The translations under genes were made by a program, and so were the position numbers. The notes below the pieces were generated by a model that was given only the letters and a program-made list of their open reading frames with translations, was not told the DNA's origin and did no database searches. A stretch of 64,000 nucleotides of DNA. Source: Patescibacteria group bacterium (GTDB taxonomy: Bacteria > Patescibacteriota > Minisyncoccia > Phycocordibacterales > UBA9973). Location: the NCBI GenBank assembly GCA_028868715.1, contig JAGWUB010000002.1:8430-72429 (forward strand), given 5' to 3'. This document shows, one piece after another, positions 56,427-64,000 of this stretch; position 1 is the stretch's first letter, and each line of letters starts with the position of its first letter.

Positions 56427-57650
56427 CTAGAAAGCATTAGTGCCGAGGGGGCTACCCAAGCCAGTCGGACCGTCATACCCTGCCACAGCGGTACAGAGTA
56501 AATTTCCGCAAGATCCATTGCTTCCAGAGATGATGTCATGCAAATTATTTAAAACATTTGCATAAGGGAAACCATTGTTGATTGTGCTAGTGTTGCCAGC
56601 CAAAGCATAAGTCGCAGCGATGATCGGTGAAGCTAGGCTCGTGCCACCCACTTTAAACCAACCAGACCTTCCCTGATAGCGGACACTATCATAAACTGCA
56701 GCTCCAGAATTTGGATCAGCGTCGGCCGAAACATCAGCGACTGCGCGATTGCTACAGATAGATGGATTTAGAAAATTCTGGAAACTTGGTTGAGTTTCAT
56801 ATGCCGAGCAACCACTTCCCGCTCCGCTCCAAGCAGTTTCACCTACATAATTGTTTCCATTCAAAGTCAAAGTCGTACCACCCACTGCAGTGACATATTT
56901 GGAAGCTGCCGGATACTCTACTCCATAACCACTGTCTCCAGAACTAAAAGTTATTGCGATTCCGGGCTTGTTGAAATGGCCGTCATAAGTAGTTGTCGTT
57001 TCACTAGAAAACTCTCCCCCACCCCAAGAATTTGATATGACATTTGCACCCATCGTTTGAGCCCTATCTTCTGCAGCGATTAAATTAGCAAAACTATTTG
57101 AGTCTGCTTCCACTAAAAGTATACTGCAGTTTTGGCAAAGAGCGTGAGCTGTCTCTACATCTAATGCAATTTCCAAAGACCAGCCGGCATTTGTAGATGG
57201 ATAACTTGTATCCCCTCTCTGGCTGACTTTTTGGAAGCATGGAGTCGCACTTGAAACTGCGCAATTGTTCATTGATGGTAAACCAAACTTTGAGCTGTAA
57301 GTATTTAAGTCAGATAAAATATTTGGATCGTTATAAGCATCTACGATTGCGATGATTTGTTTAGTGTTTGCGGTGCCACTCAAATTGTATGCACCACGGA
57401 GTTGCGCAGGGCCAAAACCCGCAGGTAGAGATGTAGCCTTTGGTTGACCATTTGCATCTACTACCACTCGTGAATGGCATCTAGCGCTTACGCCACTCTC
57501 ACCAGGGCTACATACTGGAATATGGTTGACTGCCACAGCAGACATATGATTTTGGGCTGCCTCTGGAAGCGAATTTAATCCACCGGCCATTGCTGGACTG
57601 GTTAATAATATTAAAGATAATACAAGAATAGAAATAAATTTTTTTATCAT
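56427..57650 (-). CDS. secreted S53 (sedolisin-like) serine peptidase
   Basis: EIALD, SNSWG, SSGDSG, GGTSLASP, GYDGPTGLG. Confidence 0.88.
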   Translation of the reverse strand: MIKKFISILVLSLILLTSPAMAGGLNSLPEAAQNHMSAVAVNHIPVCSPGESGVSARCHSRVVVDANGQPKATSLPAGFGPAQLRGAYNLSGTANTKQIIAIVDAYNDPNILSDLNTYSSKFGLPSMNNCAVSSATPCFQKVSQRGDTSYPSTNAGWSLEIALDVETAHALCQNCSILLVEADSNSFANLIAAEDRAQTMGANVISNSWGGGEFSSETTTTYDGHFNKPGIAITFSSGDSGYGVEYPAASKYVTAVGGTTLTLNGNNYVGETAWSGAGSGCSAYETQPSFQNFLNPSICSNRAVADVSADADPNSGAAVYDSVRYQGRSGWFKVGGTSLASPIIAATYALAGNTSTINNGFPYANVLNNLHDIISGSNGSCGNLLCTAVAGYDGPTGLGSPLGTNAF

Positions 57651-57714
57651 AAATTTTTATTAGACTGATAATTAGATATTTATTATAAAACAATCAACAG
57701 GGCGCGCAAACAAG

Positions 57715-57723
57715 TTATCCACA
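57715..57723 (+). promoter_or_regulatory. DnaA box
   Basis: Exact TTATCCACA just upstream of the S53 gene promoter. Confidence 0.5.
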
Positions 57724-57726
57724 TAC

Positions 57727-57755
57727 AAAAAACCACCCAAAATGGGTGGTTTTTT
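57727..57755 (-). terminator. intrinsic terminator
   Basis: aaaaaaccaccc-aaaat-gggtggtttttt. Confidence 0.88.
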
Positions 57756-57778
57756 GAAATAAAGTTATAAAGCTTTAT

Positions 57779-58921
57779 TTAGTCATTTTCTCTTTCTCTT
57801 GTATTTATTCCAAGATTAACTCTGCCAGTTTGAAGATTTAAACTTTGGTTTCCCTTTAGAGAATTGCCATCATTTTCATTTTCATCAGCATCATTGTCAT
57901 CGTGTCCATGTTTTGCAACAGAGCTGACACATTGACCTTGGTTTCGGAAGGTTGGATTAGTAAAAGTCATCCAGCCACCTTTTTTACAATCATCTTTGCT
58001 TTGAGGACCAGTTATTAATACTGGATTTACAATAAAGGATGCAGAGATAGTGTGGTTGGCAGTAACATTACTAAAAGTATATGTTGAAACTGCACCTACT
58101 GAAACACTATCAACGAGAACATCCGCTACCCTAAAACCACTGTTTGCAGTTATGGTGAATATTTGGTTTGATCCACTGTTTATTACGACTGCACCTGTAG
58201 GTGATATTGTACCATCGGCACCAGCTGAAGCTGTGATAGTAAATGTATTAACCACTGGGTTTGCTGCGAAGGATGCTGCGATTGTGTGGTTGGCAATAAC
58301 ATTCGTAAATGTGTATGTGCTAACTGCTCCAACCGAAGTACCATCTACTAAAACATCAGCGACATGAAAGCCACTAACCGCGGCGATCGCAAATGTTTGG
58401 TTTTGCCCATCAGTAACTAATACTGAACCGCTTGGTGTGATAGAGCCATTAGCTCCAGCGGTAGCGGTGATTGTACGCAATGCAATAGCTGCACCACTTA
58501 CTGTGGTAAGGGCACCAGTTCGTGCACCACCTTTATAATTGTCAGACCATGTTCCAGTTATTTTTCCGTCAGTTCCAATTGTACCAGTTACATGAAGGAC
58601 TGTCTGTGGAGTGACCGCATCTGCCGTAGCTGTGTAGTTTGCAAGAAAATCAATTGAGTTTCCTGAAACAGTACCCGATGTGATGACCCATGTATAAACG
58701 TTTGTTCCTGCTGGACTTCCTCCATGACCAGTAAGGTTTCCGGAGCTATCCTGCACTAGAGACAAATCATGAGAATATTGAGTACCTAAGTATTCCATAT
58801 TCACTACATAGTTCCCCGTCGCGTTATATGCTGGAGCTGTAGCTTGAGCTCTTAGCGCGAAAGATGTGACCAATAATGCTAATACGACAAATATACCTCC
58901 AAATATTTTTATTTTTTTCAT
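57779..58921 (-). CDS. secreted protein: beta-rich N-domain, two B-repeat-like domains, CKKGGW..NQGQC tail
   Basis: Signal peptide; TITA.AGA.G.I.P.G...[17 protein letters not shown] occurs twice. Confidence 0.75.
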   Translation of the reverse strand: MKKIKIFGGIFVVLALLVTSFALRAQATAPAYNATGNYVVNMEYLGTQYSHDLSLVQDSSGNLTGHGGSPAGTNVYTWVITSGTVSGNSIDFLANYTATADAVTPQTVLHVTGTIGTDGKITGTWSDNYKGGARTGALTTVSGAAIALRTITATAGANGSITPSGSVLVTDGQNQTFAIAAVSGFHVADVLVDGTSVGAVSTYTFTNVIANHTIAASFAANPVVNTFTITASAGADGTISPTGAVVINSGSNQIFTITANSGFRVADVLVDSVSVGAVSTYTFSNVTANHTISASFIVNPVLITGPQSKDDCKKGGWMTFTNPTFRNQGQCVSSVAKHGHDDNDADENENDGNSLKGNQSLNLQTGRVNLGINTREREND

Positions 58922-59133
58922 AAGATTTAATTAATTAGTAATAATTATTTGATAATAGATTGCAAGTTCACAAAATCGACTCAGGTGAACCTGCAAATAT
59001 ATATACGTATCATCATAGTAAAATCTTTCGTGACTAAATTTTATGAGTGCTTAGAAAATTTTTGTCAAACGAAAAACAGGATCCACTTTTAAAAGTGAAC
59101 CCTGTCTGTTGTTACTATCTTGAAACACGTGAA

Positions 59134-59718
59134 CTAATTCCTCAGCCTAGCCGGATTGCCGAGCTTGTTTTTGTCGATATATTTAAATTCACCAAAGGGG
59201 TCATTTTTAACCTCTTTAGTGATTGCATATAAACTCCATAAGCAAGTTGGAGTACCCGCCTTGCATGCAGTGCCACCGTCGTAGACGATCTTGACGAAGT
59301 ATCTATAGCGATGAGATTTGCCGTCCGAGCCGACATACTCACCCTCAACTTGGTTTGTAAGCCAGCCTTTAGACATATCGGTAAGACCACCATCGCCACC
59401 GCGATCGAGGCGGTAGTCATGGTTGCAGTCTCTCTTACTCAACCAACTGTCGCTCCATCTCATAATTAACTTAATGCTAGCGAAGTCAGTACCCCCACGA
59501 TAAAGGTTGTCACTTATTCTGTCCGAGGTGTCAAATGTTCCCTTGAAGATATGTGACTGGTAGTTGTACCCGAACTGGTCGAAGCCCAAAATGACCTTGT
59601 TTCGAACAGCGTCAATTATGACGCCGTCTTTGATCTTTATGCAGTCTGCCTGAGCCCAGATTGAAGTTGTAAAAAGAACCAAGAGTGCTATTGCACTCAA
59701 AATAATTTTCCCTCTCAT
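59134..59718 (-). CDS. secreted hypothetical protein
   Basis: CAGGAG SD, signal peptide MRGKIILSAIALLVLFTT, GFDQFGYNY motif, 4 Cys. Confidence 0.75.
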   Translation of the reverse strand: MRGKIILSAIALLVLFTTSIWAQADCIKIKDGVIIDAVRNKVILGFDQFGYNYQSHIFKGTFDTSDRISDNLYRGGTDFASIKLIMRWSDSWLSKRDCNHDYRLDRGGDGGLTDMSKGWLTNQVEGEYVGSDGKSHRYRYFVKIVYDGGTACKAGTPTCLWSLYAITKEVKNDPFGEFKYIDKNKLGNPARLRN

Positions 59719-59725
59719 TTTAATT

Positions 59726-59807
59726 CTCCTGGAATTTATTTCAAAAAATACAACCAAAATGGTTGTGTATCCATAAAAATTATACCAAGATTACGTTCTT
59801 CTGTCAA
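59726..59807 (-). promoter_or_regulatory. sigma70 promoter, leader hairpin and SD
   Basis: TTGACA-17-(TGG)TATAAT; cacaacca-ttt-tggttgt hairpin; AGGAG. Confidence 0.8.
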
Positions 59808-59867
59808 TTACAACAAAAAAGCGGACCTCTGTTTAAAGAAGCCCGCGAATGATGTGAAAAAAACGAT

Positions 59868-60905
59868 TTAATTGTTTGCATGAACCTTCGGCCGGTTCGT
59901 GAATGATGTATCAGCGTCAATCGCAGCACCCGAAGGGTTAGATATGGTTTTACACCCAACACCATAGCCAAGACCCGAAATGGCATTGTTGATCATCTTG
60001 TCGTTGTTGCCAACGTCGGAGATGCCAGCCTGGTACGATGAGTTGAAGCATAGGTCGCTGGAGATCGTGTTGTTCACCGCTTTGATATTGGTCGCAGTAT
60101 TTGGAGCTGAATAATCAGCAGCAAGGTTGGTGAGATAAACGCCAACATCATTGTTGACGAGTACATTATCTGTCACCTTGGTATTGACTGTATACGGACA
60201 ATCATTACCATCCGGACACTGACCATACCCAGCACCACCAACCACAATGATTCCACCCGAGGCCGAACCATCGCCTGGAAATCCAATGTAAGAATTTCCC
60301 GAAACCCGATTTTTCATTACTGAAGCACTTGCGCCGTAACCTATCTGTATACCGTTCATGGCAATGAAGTAAACATGTCCGTCGCCGGTAACAGTATTGC
60401 CTTGGATCGTAGCCTGTACTCCAGTACCATTTGTGACTATGCCACTTTTTTGGTAACCAGTTACGGTGTTACCGGCAATTTTACCAGTCACCCCACCACC
60501 AGCGAAAAATCCACGCCAATAGATACCTACGCCATGTTGAGTACCATCGTGCGGTGACTCTCCGATATCGTGAATATTGCTATTCAAAATATCCAGCGTG
60601 ATGTCGCCAGCGTCGCCGTTAGCGACGACACCGAAGTAGTTGGCACCGTAGATCTCAGCACCCTTGATAACTCCGCTTGATCCTGGGCCGTAGTAGACGC
60701 CGATGTTGCAAGTAGTAGCATCCACCGGACCGGTGACCAACGTTGGGTTAATGAGGACCGCCGTCATGTTTATACCGTCGCGAAGGAATCCTGTTGGGCT
60801 ACATTTTGGTTGAGGAGGCAGCGTTGTTTGCGCCGACACTGTCATTGCAAAAGTTGTAAAAAGAACTAAGAGTGCTATTGCACCCAAAACAATTTTAATC
60901 TTCAT
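59868..60905 (-). CDS. secreted right-handed parallel beta-helix protein
   Basis: Signal peptide MKIKIVLGAIALLVLFTT; GNTV.G/NGIQ/NN.I repeats. Confidence 0.8.
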   Translation of the reverse strand: MKIKIVLGAIALLVLFTTFAMTVSAQTTLPPQPKCSPTGFLRDGINMTAVLINPTLVTGPVDATTCNIGVYYGPGSSGVIKGAEIYGANYFGVVANGDAGDITLDILNSNIHDIGESPHDGTQHGVGIYWRGFFAGGGVTGKIAGNTVTGYQKSGIVTNGTGVQATIQGNTVTGDGHVYFIAMNGIQIGYGASASVMKNRVSGNSYIGFPGDGSASGGIIVVGGAGYGQCPDGNDCPYTVNTKVTDNVLVNNDVGVYLTNLAADYSAPNTATNIKAVNNTISSDLCFNSSYQAGISDVGNNDKMINNAISGLGYGVGCKTISNPSGAAIDADTSFTNRPKVHANN

Positions 60906-60912
60906 CTCTAGT

Positions 60913-61007
60913 CTCCTGTTGAAGTTATTGAATTGATTTGAAAAAACACAGCCTGAATTGGCTGTGAATCCGAGAAATAATATACCAAAATTATGTTTGG
61001 TTGTCAA
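60913..61007 (-). promoter_or_regulatory. sigma70 promoter, leader hairpin and SD (paralog of 59726-59807)
   Basis: TTGACA-17-(TGG)TATATT; cacagcc..ggctgtg hairpin; AGGAG. Confidence 0.8.
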
Positions 61008-61062
61008 CAGGGTAAAACAAAAAACCACCTATTTATAGGCGGTTTTTTGTTATGAAGAATTA

Positions 61063-61245
61063 TTATTCGTTTGTGAGCGAGTTCTTAATTTCTTCACGCA
61101 ACTCTGGGGTGTCAGTATGGCCATGATCATTGATGACGTGATGCATCACCAATGGCATTACTTCTGCCTCTGTCCCCGATATCACTACCGAGCAATTTTT
61201 CTCACTCGGCATTTTTCTACAATCCGATACTTTTCTTTGTTCCAT
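61063..61245 (-). CDS. DUF1059 family small protein
   Basis: DCR.MPSE.NC...ISGTE.EV....H....HGH.DTPELRE. Confidence 0.8.
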   Translation of the reverse strand: MEQRKVSDCRKMPSEKNCSVVISGTEAEVMPLVMHHVINDHGHTDTPELREEIKNSLTNE

Positions 61246-61320
61246 AATTTTTATCGTTAATTAATAATTATTTACCTAACCAACCATGAGTATATACTGT
61301 TAACTATATTAATTTATAAT

Positions 61321-62232
61321 TTAGTTGGCAATATCTCCCTCAAACACATCATTAGTTCCATCACTATTTGATTTATCTTGCCAATGGCGATATGTTAAAG
61401 TTTTATTAGAACTATTGTACTCAAAGTTCCAACTAGAATTATTTTCAGTTATTGGAGCTCCAAAAACTGAATGAATGAAGCTACTTCTACTTTTACATGC
61501 ATCTGAGGAAGTAGTGCAAACACTTGGATCAAAAGAAGTGGCAGTAACTGTTTCAGATACAAATCCCTGGAATTTACCTTTTATACCTCCAGTTATTGAC
61601 GTACCATGATGATTGCTTTGTGAACATTTACCAGGGCTTTCTCCATCAATAGTGATAAAGGTGCCGTCCTTATAGGCAGTTCTTACTAAATACGTACCAT
61701 CTCCATTTGCTGTTACTGTAAAAAATAAATTATAAGTATCATTTGCCCACTCAGGACCGCAAGATGAACCATCAGGAGATCCTGAGCTTATTGGTCCAAT
61801 ATGATTTACATATGTAATTGACTTTGCTAGGCCAGAAGTTGTATGCCATTCCCAGGGGAATGTGCCACTTATTGTGCCATCAGAAGCAATCGTTCCTGTA
61901 ATATTCCAAGTTGAACCAACAGCATATGGTCCTGTGTATGTTAAAGTAAATGATATTGTGTTTCCAGAAACAATACCATTTGTAATTAACTCAGCAGTTT
62001 GACCAGCTAATGCATATGGTGAATCACCGGATGGATATCCTCCAGTCCCTGTGAATGTACCATCTGGATTCATCGTAAGCACCATATCGTGTGAGTAAGT
62101 TCCCAAAACTAACCAAGTATAAGTTCCTGTTACATCCCAATTAGGCAATGCTACTGCATGCGCTGGTGAGGCCATTAGAAATGGAGTCAACACAAACGCG
62201 ATGCTAAGAAAAACACTTAATATTTTTTTCAT
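61321..62232 (-). CDS. secreted hypothetical protein; N-domain paralogous to 57779-58921
   Basis: Signal peptide; TG.Y...LGT.YSHD..L, G.VSGN.I.F...YT shared. Confidence 0.75.
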   Translation of the reverse strand: MKKILSVFLSIAFVLTPFLMASPAHAVALPNWDVTGTYTWLVLGTYSHDMVLTMNPDGTFTGTGGYPSGDSPYALAGQTAELITNGIVSGNTISFTLTYTGPYAVGSTWNITGTIASDGTISGTFPWEWHTTSGLAKSITYVNHIGPISSGSPDGSSCGPEWANDTYNLFFTVTANGDGTYLVRTAYKDGTFITIDGESPGKCSQSNHHGTSITGGIKGKFQGFVSETVTATSFDPSVCTTSSDACKSRSSFIHSVFGAPITENNSSWNFEYNSSNKTLTYRHWQDKSNSDGTNDVFEGDIAN

Positions 62233-62471
62233 ATATTTTATAAAAATTAAATTTAATAATTTATTAATAATAAGTCCAAATAATCGCCATACAGGACTAC
62301 TTATAAACTGTGCCGAAGCTAAGTGAATTATATTTCATTTTACAAATATTTATTAACTCAATTTTAATCAAACAAGTGGATATTTAAAACCAGTCCATAT
62401 CTAAAGACCATTTTTTATATTGTCAGAACGAACTTTTTGTAGTATAATTGTTCTTAAACCATTTTGATTGT

Positions 62472-63722
62472 ATGAAGGACATGATAATTAAAAAGAAATC
62501 AGATAAAGTCGAAGAAGAGCTTGCTCGCGGAGCGGAAATTTCTATTATTGCTCTCTTTGATCAGCTCATAGAAAAAGCTTACGCCAGTCGCGCTTCAGAC
62601 ATTCATATTGATCCCCTAGTAAAGTCCGTGCGAGTTCGTTTTCGTATCGACGGAGTTTTGCAAGATGCATACTCATTTCCAAAAGAAATAAATAACGAAA
62701 TAATTTCTCGTATTAAAATTTTATCCAGACTGCGAACTGATGAACATCAAGCCACCCAAGATGGCAGATTTCGCTATGTGCTCTACGAGGAAAATAACAA
62801 GCCAAATAAATTTATAGATTTTCGCGTTTCCATCGTACCTACTTATCATGGCGAAAATGCGGTACTGCGTTTACTTTCTGACAAAAATGAACAAGCTACC
62901 CTAGAAGACCTCGGCTTTAGCGAAAGCGATCAGAAAAAAATAGAGGAAGCAATGAAAAAGACAAATGGGATGATCCTCTCCACGGGTCCGACTGGCTCCG
63001 GTAAGACCACCACCATGTATACCCTGATCAAGATGCTCAATTCTTCTGATGTTTCCATCATTACCATTGAAGACCCGATAGAATACGCTGTGGACGACAT
63101 CGAACAAATCCAAGTCAACTCTCGCTTCGGGCTAACCTTTGCCAACGGCTTGCGCTCCATACTGCGTCAAGATCCAAACATTATTATGGTGGGTGAAATC
63201 CGCGACAAAGAAACAGCCAGCATCGCCGTAAACACTGCCCTGACTGGTCACCTACTACTTTCTACTCTTCACACTAATGATGCGGCCACTACCCTACCTC
63301 GCTTGCTAGACATGGGCATAGAGGAATATCTAGTGGCTTCTACTGTATCCGTAGCCATCGGTCAAAGGCTCGTGCGAAAAATTTGCAAAGACTGCAAAGA
63401 AAAAATCCCAATGACTCATGCCATGAAAGAAGCTTTGGCGCAGACTCCGTATGCCAGCCTTCTGGTAAATAGTGATTTTGTACATAAAGGTAAAGGTTGC
63501 GATGCATGTGATGGCAGTGGCTACCGAGGCAGAATTTGTATCAACGAAGTGCTCGTGGCCGACAGTGAAATCCGTGAAGCCATCTTACGCCGAGCCTCGG
63601 CAAATGAAATAAAAAAAATTGCGGTAAAAAACGGCATGACCACCATGTTTGAAGATGGCTTTCAAAAAGTGATAAAAGGATTAACTACTGTAGAAGAAGT
63701 TTTGCGTGTTATCCATGAGTAA
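62472..63722 (+). CDS. GspE/PilB family ATPase (no N-terminal domain)
   Basis: ASDIHIDP, QDGRF, GPTGSGKTTT, TIEDPIEY, LRQDP, GEIRD, two CxxC. Confidence 0.94.
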   Translation: MKDMIIKKKSDKVEEELARGAEISIIALFDQLIEKAYASRASDIHIDPLVKSVRVRFRIDGVLQDAYSFPKEINNEIISRIKILSRLRTDEHQATQDGRFRYVLYEENNKPNKFIDFRVSIVPTYHGENAVLRLLSDKNEQATLEDLGFSESDQKKIEEAMKKTNGMILSTGPTGSGKTTTMYTLIKMLNSSDVSIITIEDPIEYAVDDIEQIQVNSRFGLTFANGLRSILRQDPNIIMVGEIRDKETASIAVNTALTGHLLLSTLHTNDAATTLPRLLDMGIEEYLVASTVSVAIGQRLVRKICKDCKEKIPMTHAMKEALAQTPYASLLVNSDFVHKGKGCDACDGSGYRGRICINEVLVADSEIREAILRRASANEIKKIAVKNGMTTMFEDGFQKVIKGLTTVEEVLRVIHE

Positions 63723-63754
63723 CCCCGAGTAGTAGAATAAATTCACTACGGGGT
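63722..63754. repeat. short palindrome with ACCCCG/CGGGGT ends
   Basis: accccgagtagt...actacggggt; same termini as the 27264-27344 element. Confidence 0.55.
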
Positions 63755-63765
63755 AAATTTCTAAT

Positions 63766-64000
63766 ATGGAAAAAAATAAAAAAATAAAAAAGAAGTCGCT
63801 AGTCGACCTAGTTAAAGGAATATCGTTCACTCGCCTCTCAATCAAAGATCAAACTTTTTTTGTGAAGCGATTGTCTTTTTTGATCAAGGCTGGCATACCG
63901 ATGCGCGAGAGCTTGGTCATGATCCGAGAACAAACTCGCAAAAAAGGATATGCCCTAATTTTAGATACAGTGATTGACAATGTTTCGAATGGACAAAATC
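63766..64000 (+). CDS. type II secretion F / PilC family protein (5' part)
   Basis: DQTFFVKRLSFLIKAGIPMRESL...VSNGQ, following the ATPase gene. Confidence 0.85.
   Translation, partial: MEKNKKIKKKSLVDLVKGISFTRLSIKDQTFFVKRLSFLIKAGIPMRESLVMIREQTRKKGYALILDTVIDNVSNGQN

Noticed and set aside
1064-63160. Many antisense or alternate-frame ORFs in the track (e.g. 3739-4221, 10699-11406, 20719-21159, 40672-41178, 58050-58367)
   Set aside because: They are shadows of well-supported genes on the opposite strand with no recognisable motifs
1-64000. Alternative genetic code, prophage, integrase or transposase
   Set aside because: TGA ends conserved genes at expected positions (eno), and no phage or recombinase motifs were recognised, so any mobiliser of the repeats must lie outside this window

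Overview
This is an AT-rich bacterial chromosome segment using the standard genetic code (TGA is a stop). Gene order, truncated housekeeping proteins and mostly Shine-Dalgarno-free starts suggest a Candidate Phyla Radiation genome (Parcubacteria, Nomurabacteria-like); that assignment is inference. Content, in order: a lower-glycolysis operon (2-hydroxyacid dehydrogenase, a GpmA-pyruvate kinase fusion, enolase), ychF, leuS with a Nudix insertion, murJ, lepA, a two-component pair with an ECF sigma factor, six tRNAs, valS, tsaD, ftsAZ, greA-lysS, a reduced dcw cluster, gltX, rpmA, rplI, a roughly 9 kb cluster of secreted/surface proteins, and the start of a pilB/pilC-type locus. The most unusual signals are: (1) GC-rich multi-hairpin palindromes inserted in frame in leuS, tsaD and a CAP-domain gene, plus an inverted-repeat element that contains the valS start; (2) two tandem 123-bp structured units that each regenerate the 3' end of tRNA-Arg; (3) two adjacent, unrelated secreted-protein genes that share one promoter-leader hairpin-SD-signal peptide cassette; (4) a minimal pyruvate kinase fused to phosphoglycerate mutase; (5) apparently leaderless core genes versus SD-led orphan genes. 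All calls are by eye, without database searches.
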